From an uncultured Gammaproteobacteria bacterium (GTDB lineage Bacteria > Patescibacteriota > Patescibacteriia > Patescibacteriales > UBA12465): a DNA stretch of 64,000 nt. Made by a program: the position numbers and the translations under genes. Below the pieces are notes generated by a model that had not been told where the DNA came from, searched no databases, and was given only the letters and a program-made list of their open reading frames with translations. The first letter of the stretch is position 1; each line of letters opens with the position of its first letter. Location of the stretch: the NCBI GenBank assembly GCA_964517555.1, contig CAZFEF010000002.1, positions 19 through 64,018 on the forward strand, written 5' to 3'. Shown piece by piece: positions 46,679 to 55,373 of this stretch.

Positions 46679-46749
46679 TCGGGCTGCCCGGAATCGGACC
46701 GGGGCTACATGCACCCCATGCACGCGTACTACCATTATACTACAGCCCG
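46679..46749 (-). tRNA. tRNA-Pro (anticodon GGG), hidden in the ORF extension
   Basis: Reverse complement: CGGGCTG-TA-GTAT-AATGGTA-GTAC-G-CGTGC-ATGGGGT-GCATG-TAGC-CCCGG-TCCGATT-CCGGG-CAGCCCG-A. This is a full cloverleaf with C1:G72, A73 and G37. The T-loop has C at position 55. Confidence 0.7.
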
Positions 46750-46815
46750 GATTTGTCTTTTGACTATAATTATATTACAATAAAAACATAATAAAAACAA
46801 ATAAAATTAAGCTAT

Positions 46816-47808
46816 ATGGCCGTAAAACCAACTATTTTTTCTGGAGTCCAGCCGTCAGGCAATCTGCATTTAGGTAATTACTTAGGGGCTATCAGCCAAT
46901 GGGTGGAAATGCAAGCCGATTATAACTGTTTTTTTTCGATTGTCAATTATCACAGCATTACTGTTCCTCAAGATGCTAAGGAGCTAGCGCAGAAAACTAT
47001 TGAAGTCGCTAAGATTTATTTAGCTAGTGGCCTTGATCCTAAGAAGGTGATTATTTTCAAGCAATCTGATGTTTTAGAACACACTGAGTTAGCGTGGTTA
47101 TTGAGTTGCACTAGCGCTCGTGTGGCCGACTTAAAGAAGATGACTCAGTTTAAGGATAAGTCTCAGAAGGAGGGCAGTGAAAATGTTAGTGTCGGCCTTT
47201 TGAGCTACCCAATCTTGATGACCGCTGATATCTTGCTCTATGACACTAATTTAGTACCGGTAGGGGACGATCAGCTGCAACATGTAGAGCTAGCCAGAAC
47301 TTTAGCGCGACGTTTCAATCAGCAGTATGGCGATATTTTTGTTGTTCCCGAGGCTAAGATAAAGAAGGCCGGATCGAGAATAATGGGCTTAGATGACCCT
47401 ACTAAAAAGATGAGCAAGTCAGCCTCTAGTCCGGCTAACTATATCGCCTTAACCGACTCAGCTGAGGTGATTACTAAAAAAATTATGAGAGCCGTGACTG
47501 ACTCTGATGGGCAGGTAGTCTATAATGAAGCCAAGAAGCCGGCGATTGCCAATCTTTTAACCATCTATCATTTAGTCTCCGGATTAAGCATCAAAGAGTT
47601 AGAGAAGAAATATGAGGGCCGTGGCTACGGCGACTTTAAAAAAGATTTAGCTGTCGCCGTGGTTAGCTTTTTGGATGATTTTCAGAAGAAGTATAATGAC
47701 TTGAACGATAAAGAGGTACTGGATATATTGGCCTCTGGAGCCGAAAAGGCGAGAAGTGTAGCGGTAGCTACTATGAAAAAAGTTAGAGCGGCAGTGGGTA
47801 TTATTTAA
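46816..47808 (+). CDS. trpS: Tryptophan--tRNA ligase
   Basis: 330 aa with a HIGH-type motif (GNLHLGNY) and KMSKS. Confidence 0.95.
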   Translation: MAVKPTIFSGVQPSGNLHLGNYLGAISQWVEMQADYNCFFSIVNYHSITVPQDAKELAQKTIEVAKIYLASGLDPKKVIIFKQSDVLEHTELAWLLSCTSARVADLKKMTQFKDKSQKEGSENVSVGLLSYPILMTADILLYDTNLVPVGDDQLQHVELARTLARRFNQQYGDIFVVPEAKIKKAGSRIMGLDDPTKKMSKSASSPANYIALTDSAEVITKKIMRAVTDSDGQVVYNEAKKPAIANLLTIYHLVSGLSIKELEKKYEGRGYGDFKKDLAVAVVSFLDDFQKKYNDLNDKEVLDILASGAEKARSVAVATMKKVRAAVGII

Positions 47809-48970
47809 ACGGTTTTAACACTACTATTTCACGCCACACTTTTTGGCCAGGACGGCCATAGATTAAGGTGTGGCGTTTTGTTATCGTGTTTTCCCTGTCA
47901 GTGGGAACTATTTTCCATCCTAATAGGCTGGGGTCGATTTTCCCGGCTGGCCTAGATTTGATAAATATAGGCCAGAGCATGACCACTGTTCCGCTGGGCT
48001 TAATTATTTTTCTGATTTCTTGAAGTGATTGAGAATATAGATGATTTAAATCGGAAATTGTTCTTTTGAGATTATTTTGACTACCGGCTGGTCCTAGATA
48101 TGGTTCGGTGATTATCGCGTCAACGCTGTGGGGTGGCAGCCATTTGGAAACCTCGGTGGCGCTGATTTTTTTTAAGTCTAGTTTTTGCGGTCCTAGATTT
48201 AATTGTTTTTCGAGCCATTGCCAGTTTTCTCGACTGTCCGCTATAGCGCGATCCGAAATGTCACTACCATATATTCGGCTTTGTCCCATTAGCCGGGCCT
48301 CAACTAAAACTGTGCCCGAACCACAGAAAGGATCTAGGATGGTTCCGTTAGGCTTCAGCCCAGCTAAATTGATCATCATTTGGGCTAGCTTGGGCGGCAA
48401 CATACCGGAGCGATCATCTCGGCCGGGCCGTCCATAGTCACGGAAGGATAATTCTTTAAATAATTGAACGGCCAGAGTCCGGCCGACTAATGTTTTATTT
48501 TCTTGATTGATTAAAACTATCTCCGCGCCCTTGTCCAGCAGATGATTCTGTTCCACCACCACGCTGGAGAGAGTGGCTTCACGGCTGATTACCCAGCGGG
48601 CGCTTACCTCTATGGTTTTTAATTCCTTTTTAGTTTCCATGCCTAGGGTTTTGATGTTCCATCTCTTGGGACCATATTCAGAAAAACCAAACGGCAATTT
48701 GCCCTCAGTCGCCTCGGCTTTGCTTTTTATTTCTTGAGCCACTACATCTAAAACGCTGTTGGTGTTTGGGGAGGGGAGTTCGGCCACCACTAGACCAAAC
48801 TTAATAGTACCGCCTAGGCGTTTGATGGTTTCGCGGGGATTTAGGGGTTCATGGCTGTCGAGTAACAGGGTGTAGTCTGTTAATTTAGAAACGGTAGCCT
48901 TGGGGAAAACCGCCTTAATCTCTGCTTGAGAGATTTCTGGGTGAGAACCTAAAACAAAAAAGTATTTCAT
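47801..48970 (-). CDS. THUMP-type class I SAM-dependent RNA methyltransferase (UPF0020-like)
   Basis: 389 aa. LDPFCGSGTVLVEA is motif I, ITEPYLG is the motif IV variant, and an N-terminal domain of about 180 aa precedes them. Confidence 0.65.
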   Translation of the reverse strand: MKYFFVLGSHPEISQAEIKAVFPKATVSKLTDYTLLLDSHEPLNPRETIKRLGGTIKFGLVVAELPSPNTNSVLDVVAQEIKSKAEATEGKLPFGFSEYGPKRWNIKTLGMETKKELKTIEVSARWVISREATLSSVVVEQNHLLDKGAEIVLINQENKTLVGRTLAVQLFKELSFRDYGRPGRDDRSGMLPPKLAQMMINLAGLKPNGTILDPFCGSGTVLVEARLMGQSRIYGSDISDRAIADSRENWQWLEKQLNLGPQKLDLKKISATEVSKWLPPHSVDAIITEPYLGPAGSQNNLKRTISDLNHLYSQSLQEIRKIIKPSGTVVMLWPIFIKSRPAGKIDPSLLGWKIVPTDRENTITKRHTLIYGRPGQKVWREIVVLKPFK

Positions 48971-49013
48971 ATAGTATTACTCTAGCGTTTTTAAAGGGTT
49001 TTAGCAAACATTG

Positions 49014-49042
49014 TTGACATGAAGTCTATTATATGGTATACT
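49014..49042 (+). promoter_or_regulatory. Near-consensus sigma70 promoter
   Basis: TTGACA, 17 nt ending in TGG, then TATACT. It lies 34 nt upstream of ATG 49077. Confidence 0.6.
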
Positions 49043-49076
49043 TTATGGTTCATAATGTTCATTAAATCCCAAAAAG

Positions 49077-49499
49077 ATGAAAATAATTGAATTTTCTTAC
49101 CGGGCTCAGGGCGCAGTTTTGGCCCTATTCTTGCTATTTTGGATCATTGCCGCTATTTCCATCATGTTCAGTGAAGCGGCTATTTGGTCCCATCGTTTCT
49201 TGTTCGGTGGCGGCAGCGCCTTCAATATCGGTGTTTTTTATGCCACCGCCTTAACAGTCACCGTTTATTATTACTTCCGGCTGTGGTTGGCGGCTCTCTG
49301 GGACCATTGCCTGTCTTTTAAGCTTTATGGGGCCCTGGCCTTAGCACCGGCGCTTGGTATTGTTTTGGTGCTGTTTATCGTTGCCCCCAGCCTAAGCATC
49401 TTCCAGTCTTTTGGGCTGATGCTGACGCTCTGGTCTATATCTTTGGCAATTTACCGGCTTAGCCGCTATATCGCTTTAGTGAACCCGGAACCGGAATAA
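49077..49499 (+). CDS. Hypothetical membrane protein (140 aa, 4 TM)
   Basis: Hydrophobic ORF with a promoter upstream and a terminator downstream. Confidence 0.5.
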   Translation: MKIIEFSYRAQGAVLALFLLFWIIAAISIMFSEAAIWSHRFLFGGGSAFNIGVFYATALTVTVYYYFRLWLAALWDHCLSFKLYGALALAPALGIVLVLFIVAPSLSIFQSFGLMLTLWSISLAIYRLSRYIALVNPEPE

Positions 49500-49522
49500 T
49501 GGCAGATATAACGCATAAAAAG

Positions 49523-49551
49523 ATCTCCTCAAAAAGGGGATTTTTTATTTT
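49523..49551 (+). terminator. Intrinsic terminator
   Basis: ATCTCC-TCAAAAA-GGGGAT hairpin followed by TTTTTTATTTT. Confidence 0.55.
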
Positions 49552-49562
49552 GCCGGCCCTAT

Positions 49563-49710
49563 TGATTTTTTTCTCTACCCTTGCTATATTGTCAATACAA
49601 TTTGACCTTTCCCATGCCAGGGGCTTGACCTTTGGCAGTCTCACAAACATGATGAGACTAAAGGTAATTCCGAAATCCCGTTATTTTTGGAATGCCGGGG
49701 TTTTTATTTT
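49563..49710 (+). ncRNA. Candidate small RNA or attenuator leader (promoter + hairpin + terminator)
   Basis: TTGATT, 16 nt, TATATT (49563-49590). A 12-bp hairpin with a GGC bulge follows (49629-49664). Then comes the terminator AATCCCG/CGGGGTT plus a T-run (49674-49710). No credible ORF is present. Confidence 0.35.
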
Positions 49711-49788
49711 ATTAATTTTATTTAACCAGAGCGATAATCAATTTGTCCGTCTTTAGGGAAAATTCATCATCGGTCTGCTAATATCCTT

Positions 49789-50301
49789 ATGTCAAAATCC
49801 AAACCGTCAGGCGCCGCCCATTACGAGATGTTATTTATTATCTCCAATCGCTTCACTGAAGATGAAGCCAAGAAATGCGTGGCTAAAGTTGAAAACATTA
49901 TTTCTCAAAGTGAGGGGAAGATTACTCTTAATGAATTCTGGGGCAAGAAACGTCTGGCATATCCTATCAAGCACGAAACTTATGGCTACTACAACTTGAT
50001 GGAGTTTGACCTAGAAAGGACTGCCTTGGCTAAGCTAGAGGAAAAGTTACGCCTAGATCATGAGGTTTTGCGCCATTTGATTGTAATCAAAAAGGTCAAG
50101 ACCGATGAACAGCTGCAGAAAGAGAAAAAGATCAGCGAGAAGATTAGCACCAAAAAAGCAGCGATCCTCAAGGAGCAAAAGAGCCAGGAAGAAAAATCTG
50201 TCAGTAAGGCTAAAACTAAAGACAAGGATCAGGACAAGGCTGATATCGAGAGTTTGGATGAAAAATTAGAAGGCATTTTGAATGCTAATGATTTGTTATA
50301 A
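49789..50301 (+). CDS. rpsF: 30S ribosomal protein S6 with long K/E-rich C-terminal extension
   Basis: The S6 core (YEMLFIISNRFTEDEA...YGYYNLMEF) is followed by about 70 extra charged residues. The gene is in the rpsF-ssb-rpsR operon. Confidence 0.85.
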   Translation: MSKSKPSGAAHYEMLFIISNRFTEDEAKKCVAKVENIISQSEGKITLNEFWGKKRLAYPIKHETYGYYNLMEFDLERTALAKLEEKLRLDHEVLRHLIVIKKVKTDEQLQKEKKISEKISTKKAAILKEQKSQEEKSVSKAKTKDKDQDKADIESLDEKLEGILNANDLL

Positions 50302-50322
50302 TTAATAAACTAATTCAACTAT

Positions 50323-50748
50323 ATGAGCTTAAACAAAGCGATGTTAATCGGTAACCTGACTCGGGACCCGGAAATGCGCAATACTCCCAGTGGTCAGGTA
50401 GTAGCTTCTTTCTCAGTGGCTACTAACATGAACTGGACCGACGCTAGTGGTAATAAGCAGAGCAAGCCCGAGTTTCATAATATTGTTGCCTGGAGAAAAT
50501 TAGCTGAAATTTGTGGTCAGTATTTGCATAAAGGCACCAAGGTCTATATCGAAGGTCGAATTCAGACTCGCGATTGGGTGGGTCAGGATGGTCAGAAAAA
50601 GTATCGCACCGAGATTGTAGCTGATACCATGGAAATTCTCAGCAGTCGCGGTGGCGAGCGTCAGGAGAGCGTCGGAGAAGAGCTGGCGACCATCGAAGTT
50701 AGCGATGAAAGCAACGAAGAAATTAAGATTGAGAATATCCCCTTTTAA
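50323..50748 (+). CDS. ssb: Single-stranded DNA-binding protein
   Basis: 141 aa with an OB fold (NKAMLIGNLTRDPE..) and an acidic C-terminal tip ending in IPF. Confidence 0.9.
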   Translation: MSLNKAMLIGNLTRDPEMRNTPSGQVVASFSVATNMNWTDASGNKQSKPEFHNIVAWRKLAEICGQYLHKGTKVYIEGRIQTRDWVGQDGQKKYRTEIVADTMEILSSRGGERQESVGEELATIEVSDESNEEIKIENIPF

Positions 50749-50783
50749 TATTTATTTCCGTATCCAACGGATTATTAAGCTAT

Positions 50784-51017
50784 ATGAATCACAATAACAA
50801 CAACAATCAATTCAAGAAGGTTAAGGAATGTTATTTCTGTGTGAACAATTTAGATCCGGACTACAAAGACGTGAAGTCCTTGAAGCGTTTCATTAATTAT
50901 TATCAAAAGATTTTATCCGCTTCTCGTACTGGTACTTGCGCTTGGCATCAACGGAAGTTAACCGTGGCTATTAAGCGAGCTCGTTTCTTGTCCTTGGTTT
51001 CTTTCACTCATAAATAA
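50784..51017 (+). CDS. rpsR: 30S ribosomal protein S18
   Basis: 77 aa with CYFC..DYKDV..LKRFI and QRKLTVAIKRARFL. Confidence 0.9.
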   Translation: MNHNNNNNQFKKVKECYFCVNNLDPDYKDVKSLKRFINYYQKILSASRTGTCAWHQRKLTVAIKRARFLSLVSFTHK

Positions 51018-51032
51018 TTTTAATCCTTTTGT

Positions 51033-51590
51033 ATGTTAGGAATCAGCGAAATTAAAATTGGCCGAGTTTTGGTAATTAATGGCGAGCCTTATGTCGTTAC
51101 TCGTACTGATCATCACAAGATGGGTCGCGGCGGTGCCGTGCTCAAGATCAAGTTGCGTAATTTAATTAGCGCCAATATCTTGGAACGGACCGTCCAAGGG
51201 AGTGAAAAAGTGGAAGAGGCTCAAACTCAAACTCAGAAAGCCAACTTCCTTTATCAAGATGCCAATGAGGCTCATTTTATGAACAATAATAGCTTCGAAC
51301 AATTTAGTTTGTCTCTGGAGGATTTAGGCGACAAGGTTCAGTATTTAAAAGAGGGTGTTGATGTCGACGTTTTGTATTTTAATGATAAACCGGTAGCTAT
51401 CAGCTTGCCAATTAAAATGGATTTCAAAGTGGTTTCGGCTCCGCCGGCGATTAAAGGGAATTCAGTCGGTAGTGTTACTAAAATAGCTGAAATCGAAACT
51501 GGAGCTAAGGTCAATGTCCCGGTTTTCATCTCTGAGGGCGAGATGATTAGAATTAATACCGATACCGGCGAATACGTTGAAAGAGCTTAA
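51033..51590 (+). CDS. efp: Elongation factor P
   Basis: 185 aa. It aligns with E. coli EF-P, and the loop tip reads KMGRGGA (Arg where E. coli has Lys34). Confidence 0.9.
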   Translation: MLGISEIKIGRVLVINGEPYVVTRTDHHKMGRGGAVLKIKLRNLISANILERTVQGSEKVEEAQTQTQKANFLYQDANEAHFMNNNSFEQFSLSLEDLGDKVQYLKEGVDVDVLYFNDKPVAISLPIKMDFKVVSAPPAIKGNSVGSVTKIAEIETGAKVNVPVFISEGEMIRINTDTGEYVERA

Positions 51591-51605
51591 TAATCATAGG
51601 AAAAT

Positions 51606-51631
51606 AGGGGCTTTTTGCCCCTGTTTTTTTT
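51606..51631 (+). terminator. Intrinsic terminator
   Basis: AGGGGC-TTTTT-GCCCCT hairpin plus T8. Confidence 0.7.
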
Positions 51632-51640
51632 ATCCTTCAA

Positions 51641-51649
51641 TGCTATAAT
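51641..51649 (+). promoter_or_regulatory. Extended -10 promoter placed for a leaderless transcript
   Basis: TGcTATAAT (TATAAT at 51644-51649), 6 nt, then ATG(51656). It shares the 11-mer AATGCTATAAT with the polA promoter. Confidence 0.5.
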
Positions 51650-51655
51650 CTAAGT

Positions 51656-53023
51656 ATGACTAGTTTTCTTATCTTCGTTTTTGCTATCTTCTATTTGCTT
51701 TTGAGCCTGAAGCGCCTAGATTGGGCTTTGGCTCTTTTGGTATTGGGACTTCCTAGCTATTTGCTGCGTTTTAATATTGGCTCTTTTCCTTCCACGGTCT
51801 TAGAGCTCATGATTTTAATTGCTTTTGGCGCTTGGCTTTATGGCATTGTTCGTCGTCATGGTTTCAAGTTGGGACAATATTGGCGCCATCGTCTTTTGCG
51901 ACAACCTTATCCTTTCCGCTACGCCATTGCCCTGATTTTAGTTATTTCTTTTGTGTCAGTGGCGATAGCCGGATTTTCTCTGCGGTCGTTAGGGCTATGG
52001 CGGGCCTATTTTTTCGAACCGATCATGGTCTTTATTTTGTTTATAAACGCTTTCAAGCGGCAGAAAGGATTAGAAAAAGTATTTGTTGCCGCCGTTCTTT
52101 CGCTTCTAGCCGTTTCGGTCTTAGCTATTTTCCAGTATAGCACAGGAAAGTTGATCGCTAATCCTTTCTGGGCTGACGCTGAAAGCCGTCGGGCTGTTTC
52201 TTTCTTCGGCTATCCCAATGCTGTGGGTTTGTATATTGCCCCGCTATTCTTTTTAGTTTTAGGGTTAGCTATCAAACGATTTAAATATCGGGCCACCTTT
52301 CCGCAGTTTATCTATTCCATCTCCTTGTGGCTGGTTTTGGCTCTGTCTTTGTTGGCGGTTTATACAGCTAAGTCCGAAGGAGCTTTGCTGGCTATGGTTT
52401 TCGGTCTTTGGTTATATGGTTTGTTGTATAATCGCCGCAGTCGTATCTGGTCGTTGTCTATAGCTTCGGCGGTACTCGTTGCTTTGTTTGTTTTTCGTCC
52501 CTTCAGCGCCTATGTATTAGAAAAAGCCCAGTTGCACGATTTATCCGGTCAAATTAGAAAACAGCAATGGAGCGAAACGATTGTGATGCTCAAAGACAAT
52601 CATTGGTTTTGGGGGAGCGGCTTGAGTAATTACCAAGAAGCTGTGGCCCCTTATCACCAAGCCGGTATCGATGTCTATGACTACCGTCGCCAAACTACTT
52701 TCTGGCAACCAGTGGAAATTTATCTCTATCCTCACAATCTATTTTTGAATTTTTGGACAGAGCTTGGAGTCTTGGGCATGATTGCTTTTATCTGGTTGAT
52801 TGCCAAGTATCTTTTTTTGGCTGGCAACAGTTTTAACTATCAACGGCGGAACAACAAACGCAATCAAGCGATTGTTTTGGGCCTGGCGGTTTCTATGGTC
52901 GCCATTGTCGTTCAAGGATTAGTGGATGTGCCTTATTTCAAAAATGATTTGGCGGTGATGTTTTGGATATTGACCGCTTTGGTTTCCCTTTTTAGTCTCT
53001 ATCGCCATCGCCGCTATGAATGA
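51656..53023 (+). CDS. O-antigen ligase/polymerase-like (Wzy_C family) membrane protein
   Basis: 455 aa and polytopic, with a large loop containing YPHN and conserved aromatic residues typical of the family. Confidence 0.6.
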   Translation: MTSFLIFVFAIFYLLLSLKRLDWALALLVLGLPSYLLRFNIGSFPSTVLELMILIAFGAWLYGIVRRHGFKLGQYWRHRLLRQPYPFRYAIALILVISFVSVAIAGFSLRSLGLWRAYFFEPIMVFILFINAFKRQKGLEKVFVAAVLSLLAVSVLAIFQYSTGKLIANPFWADAESRRAVSFFGYPNAVGLYIAPLFFLVLGLAIKRFKYRATFPQFIYSISLWLVLALSLLAVYTAKSEGALLAMVFGLWLYGLLYNRRSRIWSLSIASAVLVALFVFRPFSAYVLEKAQLHDLSGQIRKQQWSETIVMLKDNHWFWGSGLSNYQEAVAPYHQAGIDVYDYRRQTTFWQPVEIYLYPHNLFLNFWTELGVLGMIAFIWLIAKYLFLAGNSFNYQRRNNKRNQAIVLGLAVSMVAIVVQGLVDVPYFKNDLAVMFWILTALVSLFSLYRHRRYE

Positions 53024-53705
53024 CGTCTTGCAAAAAGTTATTGCCTCCAGAAGTCCGTATTCTCGTCGCCAAGCCGAGAAGCTTATTCGCCAAGGACTAG
53101 TGATGCTTTCCGGAAAGATTGCTAAGCTAGGAGATCGGGCTAGTGATGAGGATAAAATTGTAGTTTGCGGCCGAGAATTAACAAAAATACCACCCAAAGT
53201 CTATATCATGCTCAACAAGCCAGCGGGATATACCTGTACTAACCGTACCTTCAAGGGAGAGAAAAACATTTTTGTTTTAGTCCAGCATCCAGAAAAACTA
53301 TTTGTAGTTGGCCGTCTAGACAAGGACAGCCATGGCCTGGTATTATTGACCAATGACGGCGATTTAGCCCAGAAACTAGCCCATCCCCGTTATGAGGTTT
53401 CCAAAGAGTATGAGGTGATGATTGATCAAGATATTGATTTGTCGTCGCGGCTGCTTAATGGGGTAGACATTGGTGAGGATGATGGCATCGCTCGAGCCAA
53501 CCAAGTTATATATCTAGGACACCGAAAATATCGACTAATCCTCTCTCAAGGGAAGAAGCGGCAGATAAAAAGAATGTTCCGGGTTCTCGGGGCTAACGTG
53601 TTAGATCTCAAGCGAGTCCGTCTGTCCAATCTTAATCTAGGTACCTTGCCCTTAGGACAGTGGCGTTATTTAGAGGCCGGGGAAATAAAGAAACTAGCTA
53701 GGTAG
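53016..53705 (+). CDS. Pseudouridine synthase, RsuA/RluB family (S4 domain + catalytic domain)
   Basis: 229 aa with the catalytic motif VGRLDKDSHGLVLLTNDG and an N-terminal S4-like region. Confidence 0.85.
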   Translation: MNDVLQKVIASRSPYSRRQAEKLIRQGLVMLSGKIAKLGDRASDEDKIVVCGRELTKIPPKVYIMLNKPAGYTCTNRTFKGEKNIFVLVQHPEKLFVVGRLDKDSHGLVLLTNDGDLAQKLAHPRYEVSKEYEVMIDQDIDLSSRLLNGVDIGEDDGIARANQVIYLGHRKYRLILSQGKKRQIKRMFRVLGANVLDLKRVRLSNLNLGTLPLGQWRYLEAGEIKKLAR

Positions 53706-53711
53706 TATTAG

Positions 53712-53802
53712 GGAGAAGTCGCATAGTTGGTCTAGTGCGCCGCACTCGAAATGCGGTTGCCGGGAAACCGGCTCGTGGGTTCGAATCCCACCTTCTCCGC
53801 CA
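53712..53802 (+). tRNA. tRNA-Ser (anticodon CGA), CCA encoded
   Basis: Acceptor GGAGAAG/CTTCTCC, anticodon loop CTCGAAA, a long variable arm (TTGCCGGGAAACCGGCTC), T-loop TTCGAAT and 3' GCCA. Confidence 0.9.
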
Positions 53803-53874
53803 AGACAATTTTTTATCGTGCAGACCCGAGTAACCGTGATTTAGTTGCGACTCGACTGCCTAAAAGATTGCTAA

Positions 53875-53904
53875 CAAAAAACAACGATTTTGATCGTTGT
53901 TTTT
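53875..53904. terminator. Bidirectional intrinsic terminator
   Basis: AACAACGAT-TTTG-ATCGTTGTT 9-bp stem with A6 before and T6 after, between tRNA-Ser and the recombinase 3' end. Confidence 0.7.
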
Positions 53905-53912
53905 TGTTTAAT

Positions 53913-55235
53913 TTAATCTTCTATCAAAGTCAGTTTTTTATCTTTATACATTATTTTTGATCTCAGATTGGCTAGTAGCTCTCGCTTTTCAGATACCGCC
54001 CCTTCCTTTAATAAATATTTGGCATAATTTCTGATATCCATTTCTTTATCAGTTTTAAGTTTTTCTGTCGCACCAAGTACCGATCTTTGAAAGATGTCAA
54101 ATCGAGCTATTTCATCCTCTAGTTTTTGCCTCATTCCTAACTCGTTAATATTTACTTTATCTAATATTTTAAGTAATTCAGTAATAAGTTCTTCTTCTCT
54201 GATGTATTTATTTTTACAGTTTCTGTCTCTGGCTCTTGAACATGAATAGTAAATATATCTGGCATGCGTGCCATCTTTTAGTTGTTTATATTTTTCTTCT
54301 GCCGATATGCCCGATCCGCAATGACCACAGGTAAATAGTTTGGTAAAGGCAAATTCTCTATTTTCTCTAACAATTTTATCTCTTTTTAACTGTGCCTGAG
54401 CTTTTTCAAATAAGTCTTTATTTATTATCGGCTTATGTTTTCCCTGATACCAGTTACCACTACCAACTGGTCTTTCAAATACCCCATAATAAAAAGGGTT
54501 ATCTAGTATTCGATATACCCCGGCCAGTGTTAATGGCTTATTGCCTCGGGTATAGAAGTTTAACTCGTGTTTAAGGTAATTATATAATTTCCGACCGCTA
54601 TATTTTTCGTAAGCTACTTTTTCAAACATTTTCTTAATAGCAGGCGCTCTTAATGGATCAATTATCACTTGGCATTTTTTGTCCATTCGTTTTTGGTTCA
54701 AATATCCCAGTGGAGCAAGTCCAACCCATAAACCCATTTCAGCTCTAGTTCTTAATCCTCGTCTGACATTAATTCCTCGATTATCATTTTCTAACTTGGC
54801 TTGTGATCCTAAAATCATAAGCAGAAATTTCTCGTTTGGATTATTAGAGAATTTCTGACCATATGTCCTAATCTCTAGCAGGGCGCCGCTATCCATTAAA
54901 TCCACTATTTTCCCTAAGTCCCCAGCATTGCGAGATATGCGGTCGGGAGCCCAAGTCAAAATGGCGTTAAATTTACCCTCTTTGATTTCGTCCACAATCT
55001 CATTAAAGACTGGTCTTTGACCTGTTTCTTTGGCGCTGTGCGATTCTCGCTTTAATTCGACCACATCTAGGCCTTCTCGCTCGGCCAGCTCAAGCATCTC
55101 CTTTATTTGGCTATCTATTGACAAAACCTGCCTTTCCTCGCTTTCGGTCGATTTTCTTGCATAAAGGCAGTATTTTGCCTTAATTTGAGGCTCTATTTTG
55201 CCCTGAGTCCCAATGGGCATTAATGTTGTATTCAT
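53913..55235 (-). CDS. Large serine recombinase (integrase-type)
   Basis: 440 aa. It has a resolvase-type catalytic N-terminus (YARKSTESEERQVLSIDSQ), a recombinase domain, a Cys-rich zinc-ribbon region (CGHCGSG...YYSCSRARDRNC) and a coiled-coil tail. Confidence 0.85.
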   Translation of the reverse strand: MNTTLMPIGTQGKIEPQIKAKYCLYARKSTESEERQVLSIDSQIKEMLELAEREGLDVVELKRESHSAKETGQRPVFNEIVDEIKEGKFNAILTWAPDRISRNAGDLGKIVDLMDSGALLEIRTYGQKFSNNPNEKFLLMILGSQAKLENDNRGINVRRGLRTRAEMGLWVGLAPLGYLNQKRMDKKCQVIIDPLRAPAIKKMFEKVAYEKYSGRKLYNYLKHELNFYTRGNKPLTLAGVYRILDNPFYYGVFERPVGSGNWYQGKHKPIINKDLFEKAQAQLKRDKIVRENREFAFTKLFTCGHCGSGISAEEKYKQLKDGTHARYIYYSCSRARDRNCKNKYIREEELITELLKILDKVNINELGMRQKLEDEIARFDIFQRSVLGATEKLKTDKEMDIRNYAKYLLKEGAVSEKRELLANLRSKIMYKDKKLTLIED

Positions 55236-55373
55236 ATTACCAACATTAATGACGCAACAATTCGAAGGAGTCTAGAGCGCCTCGAGTAGATAAACTGTAG
55301 GTAACTTTTATTGAATAATTGCTAAAAAATACATGTCATGTAGCTTTATTACAGTATCATCATTGTGTGCCTA

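Noticed and set aside
46676-46735. First 20 codons (MVVRVHGVHVAPVRFRAARH) of the PBP1A track ORF.
   Set aside because: The sequence folds into a complete tRNA-Pro(GGG) cloverleaf. PBP1A most likely starts at ATG 46675.
49499-49756. 85-aa ORF. I briefly considered it prepilin-like because of KRGFFILPALLIFF.
   Set aside because: Two intrinsic terminators and a promoter-like element lie inside it. It lacks the Glu at +5 of class III signal peptides.
53751-53960. 69-aa plus-strand ORF that starts inside tRNA-Ser.
   Set aside because: It overlaps the tRNA, a bidirectional terminator and the 3' end of the recombinase gene, and nothing supports it as coding.
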